A stretch of 64,000 bases of DNA from Octopus sinensis (lineage: Eukaryota): NCBI RefSeq assembly GCF_006345805.1, contig NC_043000.1, positions 96,720,001 through 96,784,000 of the forward strand. The letters are read 5' to 3'. Positions 1-12,812 of the stretch are shown in pieces; position 1 is the first letter of the stretch; each line of letters begins with the position of its first letter. The notes under the pieces are model-generated. The model had not been told where the DNA came from. It worked only from the letters and a program-made list of their open reading frames with translations, and made no database searches. Position numbers and translations under genes: made by a program.

Positions 1-695
1 GAAAGAATGGTAATTACCATTAGGTATTAATGGGAAAATATATTCAAATTTCGAAGAAGTTCTTGAGTACGAGACCCAATGAATGGTTCAAATCCCACTA
101 GGATGTTAATTTTTTTCTCTTCCATATGAGGATTTTTTTGCAAACTGAAGTACGTCCTTCTTTGAATAAAAAAAATGAGTTAGTATGTGTGAGCAAATAT
201 GTGTACATATGTGAGAGTAATTTGAAGATTGTGTGAGGGCCTGTGCGCGCACAAGTGTGTGTGTGTGTGTGTTCATTTATTACCATTTAGTTTCTAAAGT
301 TAATTACAGACAAGAACAGAAAAACCATAGAGTAGGATAAATAAACTAACACTTTGCAAGCTAAGTTTTGGGTATTAAAGTATCCACCAAATATCCACAC
401 AATATCTCGAGATCTTGAGATCAAAATAAGAGGAAAAAAACTAAAACACATTTACGACTTCAATACCGTCAACTTGAGGGCAATAACGGGCTGGTCGGAG
501 AATAAGAGAGGTGGAGACGACAGAAAGTGAGACAGACTTACTGTTTACAAAGTTGTGTTTAATAACCAACCCTGTATTAAGACAGGTCTTATCTGATTTA
601 CAAAATAGCTGTATTATGGTAATAAAACATTAGAGTCTAAATACTTTCAGTGTTTTGATCTACACGTACACACATACAAGATCTTATACACACAC

Positions 696-795
<100 letters not shown>

Positions 796-1496
796 TGGGG
801 TGTGTACGTACACACATAAATACAGTCATTCACTGATAATAGATTTGAGTTTAAACGTTTGCGAGGTGGTATATTAAATAAGATCTAAATGTTTTGAGTT
901 CAAGATATTTCTCGATCATTTTTTTTTTATAGTTGACCTCGGGGTCACCTGACAAAAAAGTTTATCTCTGATACAGAAGAAAGAAAGGGTAAAAAAAAAA
1001 GGAAAAAGAATAATGGCCTCTTCATTGGTCAATTTTCTATTCGGTGTTTTTATAGTAATTTACAAGCTATCTGAGGACAAAATCTTTCAATACACACAAG
1101 CGCTCAGACGCACACACATTAATCTCAGAACAGATCGAGTAAAAATCAAATATATACAAGTGCGACTGTGTGTGGTTATCAGCAGGAATAACAGGAACGG
1201 AACGTTTAATCTACTAATAAATAAAAAATAACCTGAGAGAAGAAACTCAACTTCAGTTTTATTGCTTAGTACTTGAGGTTGGTTTCTACAAATTTATTTG
1301 ATAATTAAAATATTACTTTCTGAAGTGTAAACGACGTAATGTAATTAACAAACCCATAATTACTTTGTACTGAAGAGATTCAAATAGTTAAAATAGTTGC
1401 TTCTTTATACTAATAATAAAGACTAGAATTGAAACGAAAATGAGAACTAACACATGTAGGAAGATTAAATGACAGGATATGCTTCATTCCATTAAC

Positions 1497-1711
1497 TTAA
1501 CTCTAGAATTTAAACCGGACAATTTTTGCCGAAATCTGTTTTACGTTCAAACTAACCAAATCCGGCCTCTCACACCGATCCTACAATGTCATCCCAAAAA
1601 TAAAGTCACATCATCGAAATCTCAAAGTTTCAGGATAATGCATTAATTAAACACAATGTGAATAAATAAGCATTAATTTTGACAGAATAATCCGAATGCT
1701 AAAGGGTTAAT
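1497..1711. mobile_element. piggyBac-type MITE (degenerate left end)
   Basis: Right end reads AATGCTAAAGGG plus TTAA, a CCCTTTAGCATT-type TIR with a TTAA target. The left end is eroded (TTAACTCTAGAATTT). Confidence 0.55.
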
Positions 1712-2177
1712 AATTTACTGGAAAAAAAGGTAAAAAATAACTGAAATTGATTTCTAACAATATCCTTTCTCATGCAAGAAAGGAACAACCAATGAAAAAA
1801 GAGCTTGTAAGACCTTATTCATTATTCCATTCTGCCTTTATCTATCCATTGCCGAATAAATTCTCGGCATATCATTACTGGCTAAGTCCTACCTATTCAT
1901 GCTAATTGTGAACTGGACGAGCTGCTCTCGTGATTACGTGTTTAGATTTGGCCACCGGCAACCAGGTGGAATTTGGAATTCAGAATGCAAAGAGCTACAA
2001 CAAACATCGGAAGATATCTATTCCGACACTCTCTTGATTCCTTTAATCCACCCACTGTCTGTGAGAGGCACATTATTTATTGCCCCCACCACCACACAAA
2101 GTAAAACAAAAAATGGCAAAGCTGTCATCTGGGGGATTTGAACACAGAGCACAGAGAGCCGGAGCAAATATTATTTT

Positions 2178-2374
2178 CTACTTTAGGCACAAGGCCCGAA
2201 ATGTGTGTGTGTGTGGGGGGGGAGTGCCACTCAATTAGATCGACCCCAGTACGCAATTGGTACTTAATTTATCGACCTCGAAAGGATGAAAGCAAAGTCG
2301 ACCTCGGTGGAAAACCAGAGCAAATATTGCAAGGCATTACTACACCCGACGTTCTAACGATTCTGCCAATTAGC
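2178..2374 (-). mobile_element. SINE family A copy
   Basis: GGTACTTAATTTATCGACCTCGAAAGGATGAAAG...CTAACGATTCTGCCA is the reverse complement of the family A body and head. Confidence 0.85.
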
Positions 2375-3056
2375 CACTACCCTGTTCATTGTGTCATACA
2401 AAAATGGTGATAAGATTTAAATATTCATTTAAAAAAGGCAGTAGATTGGCAGAATCGGTGGAGTACCAGACAAAATGTCTTAAATATTTAACTGAGTTCC
2501 TAAGTTTCGAACTCAAATTCTCCGAAGTCTGCTGATCATGCTTCGGAGATCGATAAAAAAAAATGCTAACAAAGATTTAAATGCCGTTACAGCCGACTGC
2601 ACCTTTTTATACAAAATTTATGGTTTTCTATTTGTAAGGTATAAGAACTGCATAAAGGAAGTCGCAGCTGAGTTTAAACATTCCCAACATTCCACTTTGT
2701 TAAACTATATTGTATCCTGAAGCTATGAATGTACAAACAGATTCAATAACATACAATACCAAAGAATTGTTTCTTTGAATATCTGTTACATGAAAAAGCG
2801 CATAAAATAGAGAAAGAAAAAGATTTAAATGTGACAAACATGTCTCTCATTTAGAAATCGTCTTGAACCTTATAATTTACATATCACCGAAAAATTTATT
2901 CTTTGTGTTTCGTAAAAATTCACACGACCACCCACGTACACTGAATAAATGTTGCCTGTTCTCCGTGCTAATCTCATCCGGTTTCCTCTCTGCTCCGCCT
3001 ACGTATTTCTGCACGTATTTACCTGCAGAAGTTTAGGTTGATCAATACATCACTAA

Positions 3057-3890
3057 TACGAAGTACGTTCAAAAAGTATCCGACTTTATTTTTTTCCCGC
3101 CAAAACTAATGTGGCGTGAGTAAAATGCTTTCGTGAAAATTTTCGCGCTGATATGTTGCGTCAGCTCCCGGCTGTTACGCCTAGAGTACAGACGTCTAGT
3201 GCGCGCTGGTCGGGTTTTCGTTTTCACGCAAGATGCCCGAACGCATCGAGTAGATTATAAGTTCATGTCTCAATTACCAGTGACGATGGTCTTCATGAAA
3301 TCTGGGTCGTTATTTGCACAGTCCCGCGTGTCCTGAGCGATTTCCATGCGGAATTGCTTCTGCTGCTCCTTGGCAACGAATTTCGCCGATACCCTCTGCA
3401 TGCACAAATCCTCTGTTAAAATGGAATGCACTGATCCTGTACTTATTCCCACTTCGTGCGCAGTTTCCTGGATTGTTACACGATGGTTTTACATGGCTAT
3501 TCGCCGAACCTTCTCAATCGACTCCTCGTTTTGGCTCGAGGATGACCTGCCTGAGCATGCCTCGCTCTCCACTGAAGTGCGGTCATGTTTGAAGCAGTTG
3601 TACCACCCCTTGATCTGAGTTTTGCCCTTGGTATCATTACCAAAGGCCTGCTGAACCTTTAGGGTGGTTTCAGCTTGAGTATCACCAAGATTTTGCTAAA
3701 ACTTGATACAATATCTCTGTTCGATGCAAACCAAAAGCTGACGAGTGTGCACAGCACGTATGTACTCTAGGAGTAACAGACAGGAACTGACGCGGCTTAC
3801 CGGCGCGAAAATTTTCACACGTGCGCAGGAAGAGCATTTTTTCCCACGTGGAATTAGTCTCGGCGGAAAAAAATATATCGGTTATTTTTT
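3057..3890 (-). mobile_element. Internally deleted mariner (MITE-like) with about 160 bp inverted ends
   Basis: TA-CGAAGTACGTTCAAAAAGTATCCGAC left end. 3057-3215 is an imperfect inverted copy of 3740-3890. The minus strand encodes a broken mariner N-terminus (QRYCIKF...GISTGSVHSILTEDLCMQRVSAKFV...FMKTIVTGN), ending at the first catalytic motif. Confidence 0.9.
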
Positions 3891-4379
3891 TCCCCTAAGA
3901 TGATAGGGTGTAGGTTAAGAGATATCGCTGTTATTTTTAGGATGTCGGCAGACCATGTAGAGGCACTCTCAGAACAGCAGGTGGTGGAGGGCTTCAAGAT
4001 TTTCGGCACTTTGTTCCCTTAGCCATATAGCTATACGTTTTACAGCTGTCATTTTGTAATCCATCCTGCCAGTCTGCTCACACTTTAAATTGAAACTTAA
4101 TACAACAGCTTTCCATCTCGGAACACGAAAGCTAGGGTGTTGCGCGGAAATAACACACATTTCTTTTCCATTCAAGATACAGTATATTATTGTATATCTC
4201 CTGTGCTTTATACTTGTCAGTATGTATGTGTAGTGGTGGTGGGGGTGTTTAATTTATATGTGTGTTTTTGTTCGCTTCCCAATCGGGTTCGACCTCCTCG
4301 CGAAGAATTTCTCTCACCATTAGCCTCTCAGGTTTACACAAGATTTGTGGACAAAATGAGGTAGAAGTTCCAACCGAGA

Positions 4380-4426
<47 letters not shown>

Positions 4427-5722
4427 TCTAGATACACGGTCCAATCTTATTTTTCGATTTCTACACAAGTGTAGTTCGGTACGCCAATTACGAAAACTAC
4501 AACTATATATCGGCAAAATATATTTAAAAAATACTTTACCATTTGTTAATGAATTAGGAGATTGAACTGAATTTTAATAACATTAAAGGCAAAAATCAAC
4601 AGAAATTAATAATTTCAATTAAATGCTGTAATGTACTGCATTTTTTTTTAACTAGTTGTAGTTTTCGTGTCTACTCCATCACATAAGCTCTCAAACAAAA
4701 GAACCAATCATCGAAACATGAGTGTGGCAACGAGGCAGTTTCATTTGCTTTTCAATGTGCAAGCACGTGGATACTGCTTTCTGAGTTGATAAATTTAACA
4801 ATCGCTTGAGACTGCCTCTTGGTTCTATGACACCAACATCGTGTAAATGCCCTAAAGTAAAACTTTCAATCAAAAAATTAATTCTGAATCAATGTTCCAA
4901 ACATCTGCTTAATAAAATGTCATTTTACAATTTTTTAAATCTTTCACTTGTATCAATTACTGGAGTGTGACTGCGATGGAACACCAACACGAAGAATTTT
5001 GTCGAAGAAATCAACTACATTAATTATTTTTGAAGTCTGGTACTTATTCTATCGTTCTATTTTGCTGAACCGCTCAGTTACGGGGACGGTTGTCAAGTGG
5101 TGATTAGGAGACACAAAATACACACACACTACACAACGGCGGTGCATCAGCATGGCCGCAGCTCTCCACCTGAAACTAGTAATGAAAAAGATATATACAC
5201 GACAGGCTTCCTTTAGTTTCCGTCCAACAAATTCGCTCATGGGCCTTCAGTCGGCCCGGAGCTATAGAAGACATTTGCCCAATATGCCGCGCAGTGGAAC
5301 TGAAGCCGAACACAGTTGCAACGCGACCTGCTTAACCACACAGCTGAAACAAAATCAAAGCCCAGTATTTCAACAGAAACATGCTTAATAAAAGGTCATA
5401 GCTAGGTATTTGGGGGTAATGAGAGTTAAGATCACCACAAGTCACTCACTCTATATCACTGTTTCCGGTTTCTGAAAGAACTGAGGCCCAAATATATTCT
5501 TCAGGTGTCGTCTATGACATAAAATGGCATAGAGGCATATCTGCTGAGTTTCCTTGCATATACTGTCGGAAACACACTGATTTGGAATTGGCTGTAGTTA
5601 ATTGCTTCAAAATATCAAAAATTCAAAATTTAAAATGGTTGTGTTTTTCTCATAATCGGCATGCAACACTACGTTCAATGAAGGAATTCATAAGACCAGA
5701 GAGTGTGTGCGTCAAAAAGAAC

Positions 5723-5771
<49 letters not shown>

Positions 5772-5772
<1 letters not shown>

Positions 5773-6275
5773 TAGCAGTATCGCCCGGCGTTGCTCGGGT
5801 TTGTAAGGGAAATAACTATATAAGCATTTTTAGAGAGTTATAGCCAAAAAATAGCAAAAAATGCATTAAAATGGAAAAAAAACGATGGTAAATTTTTTTT
5901 TAAATCGTAGACTCATGTAGACGCTTTCTTAGCCATTTCTCTTTTGGTGTCTTCAAGCCATGAAGTCGTTGTTCTAAAAGAACGCTGGTCTCCTTGACAA
6001 CGCATTACGACGTTGATTTCCTTACGACGTTGATTTCCTTACACTCCCTTCCCCACAGGTGCAGGTGTGAGCGTGGACGCCAACTTCACCGCCATCGACA
6101 CACGAAAAATTATGCATTAAAATGGAATAAAAAATAATACTCAGACGGGCTCGATATGAATCACGACTATAAGCTACCCGAATTTGGTTAAACTGCACCG
6201 CAAAATGTGGGAGTAGTTAGGAATCTAAATCGAAGGGGACAGACACTCACACAACTACAGTTTTTTATATATAGA
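5772..6275 (-). mobile_element. Non-autonomous Helitron
   Basis: On the minus strand: A/TCTATATATAAAAAACTG 5' end, and a 3' GC hairpin (CCCGAGCAACGCCGGG) followed by CTAG/T. Inserted at the edge of a (TA)n tract. Contains a 17-bp internal tandem duplication near 6007-6042. Confidence 0.85.
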
Positions 6276-6279
6276 TATA

Positions 6280-6890
6280 CATAGCGCAGTAGTGGTGAGA
6301 TGTGACAGCAAAGAAAAGCATACATTCACTCTCTGCATGCAATTAGACTCGGAAAGTTCGTGAGGAACCCATTGACCCAATTTGCTGACTTTTCCGATAG
6401 CACACAGGTCTCAATGAATGGTTGAATGACCAAATCCAAGCTTCTCTGCTAGTTCCTGAACAGTTACGATGAGATTTTGTTCCACCAGGGTTTTCAGGAT
6501 GTCCTTGTCGAGTTCTACAGATCTTTCAGGATGAGGCTCGTCTTCTAGGCTGTAGTTTATGGCTCGGAATTTCTGGAACCACCATTGACACTGCCTTACG
6601 CTTATTGTCCAATCCCCATATACTGCATTAATATTTCTTGTACTTTCCGTTGCGTTGTTGTCTTTATTGAACTCATAAAGCAAAATATGCCAAATATGCT
6701 CCTTTGTTACTTCCAACATAGCTTTGAAAAAAATAGCTGTTAAAATCGAAATGCACTCTTCAAAACTTGCACTATGAATAAGAACAAGATAAAATTACTA
6801 CCTGCTTTTATAGCAAGTTAATATAAGTAGTTTATCCCATTCCCCTCTGACTTTTAGTTCAAGCTGTTGAAAAAACCGCATTATTATATA
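6280..6890 (-). mobile_element. 5' half of a mariner element (Hsmar1/Mos1-like transposase remnant)
   Basis: ORF 6411-6719 (HIWHILLYEFNK...WFQKFRAINYSLEDEPHPERSV...VQELAEKLG) continues after a break into QWVPHELSESN (6352-6374), the WVPHEL mariner motif. A TIR-like TAATGCGGTTTTTT lies near 6875-6890. Confidence 0.9.
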
Positions 6891-7919
6891 TATATACATA
6901 CATACATACATACATACATATACACACACACACTCTCTCTCTCTCTCACACACATGCACACATTTATATTCTGTTATTCTTTTATATGTTTCAGCCTTGA
7001 GGTTGTGGCCATGCTGGATCATGTGTGTGTGTGTGTGTGTGTGTCTATCTGTCTGTCTGTCTGTATGTATATATGTATATGTATGTGTGTGAACAACAAT
7101 ATTTTCAACAGATGTGTTGCAAATGTATCTGATTGTTCTCAAGCTTCAAATTTACTCTCTTCCAAGAACATTTTCACTCACTCTTATTTGTTAGCTTCCC
7201 ATACATTTTACTCATGTATCTATCAGCGTTCATGGACAGTAACAAATATTACATCTAGTTTCATTTTATTCGTTACACAGTGTGTGTGTGCGTTTGCGTG
7301 TGCTGTAAACCAGACTAAGAAAAGCATTTGACACACACACCAGAATGTGAGTTTTCTGTAAATTTTGCTTAATTGGAGTTTAAATTTTAAAAACTGGAGC
7401 TGGCATGACGCGATGCATTGTACTCTTAAAATTGCTAGGTAAATTGTAATTGAAGAAATCCTATATTGTAGATTTCTATAACTCCCAAAGGGAGGCAGAT
7501 AAAATCTGCCTTTTATAATAAGACTAGCAGTATCGCCCGGCGTTGCTCGGGTTGTAAGGGAAATAACTATATAAGCATTTTTAGAGAGTTATAGCCAAAA
7601 AGTAGCAAAAAAATGCATTAAAAATTGAAAAAAAATTAAGGTAAATTTTTCTTTAAATCGTTGACACATCGTAGATATTTTTAGAGAGTTACTTCCCTTA
7701 TATAAAAGCGAAAAAAATGCATTAAAATGGAAAAATATGATGGTAATTTTTTTTTAAATCGTAGACTCATCGTAGACGCGCGCTAATACCCAGAAGGGCT
7801 CGTTTGTTATTCTGGGTAACTTTCTGTAAAATTATTAAAATTTTGTTCAAACATCGCTATAGAAAATGGGTTATTAGCTAATATTCAATTGGGTATACAA
7901 CAAAATTTTACGATAGAAT

Positions 7920-8225
7920 TTGTTATTCTGGGTAACTTTCTGATACCCATAATAATATTTATGGCAAAATAGGCTTTAATTTCATTTAAGGTTGTGGGAA
8001 ATAACAAACTATCCTTTCTTTCGGTTTGTTTACGTTTAGCGTAATGATTTCAAATAGGCTCATTCGAAAAAGTAAATAGAGATAGTCTAAGGCTTTACTC
8101 TTCTGGGAAAGTCTGTGGCTTGGTCCAGTTTCTTCAGAAAACTCACCGAAAGAAACAGTTTTTAAATTTTCACTCCATTCAGGTACCAATTCGTTTTCTT
8201 TATCGCTGTCGGATTCACTGTTTTC
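7920..8225 (-). pseudogene. piggyBac transposase N-terminal fragment inside Helitron unit 1
   Basis: ENSESDSDKENELVPEWSENLKTVSFGEFSEETGPSHRLSQKSKALDYLYLLFRMSLFEIIT resembles the acidic N-terminus plus LDYF.LFF...F..I..ETN.YA block of PGBD transposases. Confidence 0.75.
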
Positions 8226-8541
8226 ACTTTAATAGCTGCAAACTTGCAAAGACAAAGGAGGAGAAGGGTGATAGCGTTAGTGAAACAATTCGCTCCCTTT
8301 GTGTGTGTGTGCGTTTGCGTGTGGTGTAAACCAGACTAAGAAAAGCATTTGACACACACACCAGAATGTGAGTTTTCTGTAAATTTTGCTTAATTGGAGT
8401 TTAAATTTTAAAAACCGGACCTGGCATGACGCGATGCATTGTACTCTTAAAATTGCTAGGTAAATTGTAATTGAAGAAATCCTATATTGTAGATTTGTAT
8501 AACTCCCAAAGGGAGGCAGATAAAATCTGCCTTTTATAATA

Positions 8542-8581
<40 letters not shown>

Positions 8582-8976
8582 TAGCAGTATCGCCCGGCGT
8601 TGCTCGGGTTGTAAGGGAAATAACTATATAAGCATTTTTAGAGAGTTATAGCCAAAAAGTAGCAAAAAAATGCATTAAAAATTGAAAAAAAATTAAGGTA
8701 AATTTTTCTTTAAATCGTTGACACATCGTAGATATTTTTAGAGAGTTACTTCCCTTATATAAAAGCGAAAAAAATGCATTAAAATTAAAAAATATGATGG
8801 TAATTTTTTTTTAAATCGTAGACTCATCGTAGACGCGCGCTAATACCCAGAAGGGCTCGTTTGTTATTCTGGGTAACTTTCTGTAAAATTATTAAAATTT
8901 TGTTCAAACATCGCTATAGAAAATGGGTTATTAGCTAATATTCAATTGGGTATACAACAAAATTTTACGATAGAAT

Positions 8977-9305
8977 TTGTTATTCTGGGTAACTTTCTGA
9001 TACCCATAATAATATTTATGGTAAAATAGGCCTTAATTTCATTTAAGGTTGTGTGAAATAACAAACTATCGTTTCTTTCGTTTTGTTTACGTTTAGCGTA
9101 ACAGTTCGTTTCTGCCGTAATGATTTCAAATGGGCTCATTCGAAAAAGTAAATAGAAATAGTGTAAGGCTTTACTCTTCTGGGAAAGTCTGTGGCTTGGT
9201 GCAGTTTCTTCAGAAAAATCACCGAAAGAAACAGTTTTTAAATTTTCACTCCATTCAGGTGCTAATTCGTGTTCTTAATCGCTGTCGGATTCACTGTTTT
9301 CACTT
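8977..9305 (-). pseudogene. piggyBac transposase N-terminal fragment inside Helitron unit 2
   Basis: FEIITAETNCYAKRKQ...TTLNEIKAYFTINIIMGIRKLPRITN matches the PGBD motif ETNRYA...T..EIKAF.G.NI.MGI.KLP. Confidence 0.82.
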
Positions 9306-9627
9306 TAATAGCTGCCAACTTGCAAAGACAAAGGAGGAGAAGGGTGATAGCGTCAGTGAAACAATTCGCTCCCTTTGTGTGTGTGTGCGTTTGCGTGTGG
9401 TGTAAACCAGACTAAGAAAAGCATTTGACACACACACCAGAATGTGAGTTTTCTGTAAATTTTGCTTAATTGGAGTTTAAATTTTAAAAACTGGACCTGG
9501 CATGACGCGATGCATTGTACTCTTAAAATTGCTAGGTAAATTGTAATTGAAGAAATCCTATATTGTAGATTTCTATAACTCCCAAAGGGAGGCAGATAAA
9601 ATCTGCCTTTTATAATAAGAGATATAT

Positions 9628-10232
9628 ATATATATGCATATGTGGGCACATGACGTCATGAAACGTGTACGACAAAAAAGTACAAAGCACGAGTTCATGG
9701 AACATGAATTATTCTTTGGAACAACGAAAGACACAAATGTAAAACAAAACTAACAACATAAAGAATGACCCTTCATTAGTTGTTGCCTGTTTCTCTAGAA
9801 AGTTCGCCACCACAACCTCGTTTAGGATTAGCAGCCCTTCCTGTTTGTTTTCATTATCCTCTTTGTGTTACCCTCCGCAAAATCCCATATTTTATTTAAC
9901 TTGCTTTGCAGGGGCAAATGTTTTATCGAAAGCATATATTGTTGTTAAATGCTCGAAATACGAGACTAGAAAAACAGCCAACAACTGATGAAGGGTTGGT
10001 CTTTATGTTGTTTGTTTTATTTTCCATTTGTGTCTTTCGTTGTTAGAAAGAATAATTCATGTTCCATGTACTCGTACTTCGTACTTTCTTGTTGTACACG
10101 CTTCATGACGTCCTGTGCCCACATATGCATATACATCTACGTATAGATGAAAGTATGTACATATACGCATGTATATATGCATATAATTCATATTATTATA
10201 TGACTGAACGCCACGCATCCTTTCCCAAGTAA

Positions 10233-10297
<65 letters not shown>

Positions 10298-11159
10298 TGC
10301 ATATATACACATATATATATGTACATGCCACACATATATATGTATATATACATGCATATATGGGTACAGAACGTCAAAAAGACGAACAAAATGAGAAACG
10401 AGAACACATAAAACAAAAGCATAGAAAACGAACTTTTTTCGAACAACGAAAGAAACAAATAGAGAAACGAGACAGGCAACATAAAGAATATTCCCATCAG
10501 TTGTTCTCTGTTTTATCTACTCCGCGTATCGAAGGTAGGGACAAGACGTGACTTAGTTAAAACGGTCCTTCCTGCAAAGCAAATTAAATAAAATTTGGGA
10601 TTTTTTGTGGAGGGTTAAAGTGGTAACAAAAACAAGACAGTAAGAACAAAACATTTAAAACAAAAACAGTGAGGGCCGTTAAACCATAACGAGGTGAAGT
10701 GGTGTACGCTGGAAAAACGAGGTTTGAGAAGAGAGAGGTAAAAGTACGTCTTGTCTTTAAGGAAATGGAAGAAAAAAGATAGATAGCTGTTGGTCACGTG
10801 TGAGCAACGACAGAGTCAAAGAGGAAAAGCGAGAGAGAGGTGAAGGAGAGACGAGAATTAGAGAAAGTGTGGGAGAGAAAAACAGAAAGCAAAAACAAGA
10901 GTGGGAGATAGAATAGAGATAGGTTGCAGAGTGCGCATCGGAATTATCAAGATAAAACTTACTTGGAAATGGATGCGTGGCGTTCGATCAAAAAGTTCGT
11001 TTTCCATGCTTTTGTTTTTTATGTCCTCTACCCATATATGCATGTATATATACATATATGTGCAGGCATGTACATACATGTGTGTATATATGCATATATA
11101 TATATATTATTTATATTATTATATGATCGAACGCCACTCATCCTTTTCCAAGTAAGTTC

Positions 11160-11165
<6 letters not shown>
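9628..11165. mobile_element. Fold-back array of a Penelope-like (intron-containing) repeat
   Basis: 9628-9808 and about 9962-10135 are inverted arms. 10290-10440 and 10990-11105 are inverted. TGATCGAACGCCACGCATCC..CCAA/GTAAGT occurs at about 10200 (+), 11123 (+) and 10957-10990 (-). A GT-AG intron is predicted at 10962-10572 on the minus strand. The PLE assignment is inferred from architecture only. Confidence 0.55.
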
Positions 11166-11211
<46 letters not shown>

Positions 11212-12639
11212 CTCTAGATAGAAACTTGGCTGATGGAAAAACGGGTTTATTCATTTAGTTTTAGTCATTTCCGTTAGTTGTCGTACAGGATCTTTCACCA
11301 TTATTTTGTTATTACATATAACATGCCATTTTTGTAGAGAAAGTTCTTGAGTCTAGAGATTATACCCCTCCCCTCTTCTCATTTGGAGTTGGTCCTAATT
11401 GCTATTTAAGTGACTGTTCAATCTTTTCTGGAAGCAGAGATAGTTTTAATAAATCAAGAGTCTATAATCTTATATGATATTTAATATATCTTTATTTGAC
11501 TTAATATGAATATGTGCACACATACATACAATCAGATACAGACGTTCAACATTTATTCTTTCGGCATTATAGTAGATCTCCCGTGGCCAATGTTGTCAAA
11601 CTAGATTGATTATATAGAATTGTTACGGCAATGTTTTATGAAAGGAATCACTGACCTGATGTTTAAAAGACATGAAAATTGCATTGACAAAATGATGTTA
11701 GATACAGGTTTTACAAGTCAGCAGATTCTTTGGTTTATAGAGTAGCTATAAATTGACAAGGGTTTCTTTTTTCCTTCTTTCAACGACACAAACTTTTTAC
11801 AAATGTTAAATAGAGAGCTCAGATTTCTTACGTAAATAGATTTTTCTTTATTAACTGTCTTAAACATAAAACAGATATAGTGATTCACTTACTCACACAC
11901 ATACTCTCTCTCTGTCTCTCTCTCTAATATATACATTATATACATATAGATAAGATAGGTACATAAATACATAGGTACATAAATACATACATACGTACGT
12001 ACGTACGCACGCACCTACATACGTACGTACCTACTCACACTCGTTCATGTGTTCAAGAGAAAGTGGCACTCAAAACATAATCCAGAGTTTATTGAGTCAT
12101 AGTTGGTGATTCACACCACTGTTGTATAAAGACATATCGGTCAGTATATGCGTAATGTGTGCCAGAGAGATAGGTGGCTAGAAAGAGAGAGATCACGTAT
12201 AAAGTAATACATACAAAATGTATCAAACTATATTATATAGGTTATTATGCACACAGACACATGCATTTACAAATACACACACACATACACACCCATGCAT
12301 ATAACCAAAAAGTAACAGGAAAATGTTCATAAATCATTCAGATACATCATCTTACACAGTAGATGTCAGTTATATAAAGAAAACGTTGTAAGCAAATTAT
12401 CTTGCCAAATACTCAGAGATCGTGTAACTTTCATTAGTAATCTTTGGGATATCTACCGGACTACAGACTGCGTTACACACACACAGACACAGACACACAC
12501 ACACACACACACAGAGTTTCAAGTTTAACAGTTAGAAATATGCGTGGTGAAGAAGCTGGGGATATATATACACATGTCAAAACGAAGGGCTGTGCTGGAA
12601 AACTAGTTGCAATAGCGTGTCCCTTGAAAGAAAAGGCTG

Positions 12640-12812
12640 ATGATTCAGATGGTATGGCCTCGCACATAGAATGGCTCGGGGAAGGATGCCAAAGATAACA
12701 TTGACAGCCTCAGAACACCTGAATGCGAACAGAGAGGAATAGATTGCACATGGCGCAAGTTACAGCAATTTACTGACGATCGATGGGAATGGCACCAAAT
12801 CGTCGAAACCTT
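12640..12812 (+). mobile_element. RTE-clade LINE 3' fragment
   Basis: FRWYGLAHRMARGRMPKITL, then frameshifted TWRK...DDRWEWHQIVETL. This matches the RWxGHxxRM...TW...DR..W C-terminus of RTE ORF2. Confidence 0.7.

Larger units (their letters stand above)
7280..9622 (-). mobile_element. Head-to-tail array of a non-autonomous Helitron (partial 7280-7523, full 7524-8546, full 8581-9622)
   Basis: Each full unit has a TCTCTTATTATAAAAGGCAGATTTTATCTGCC 5' end and the same hairpin-CTAG 3' end as 5772-6275. Units 1 and 2 are about 1.03 kb, highly similar, and separated by (TA)n. Confidence 0.88.

Noticed and set aside
934-952. TGACCTCGGGGTCA nuclear-receptor-like half-sites
   Set aside because: A short motif expected by chance, with no supporting context.
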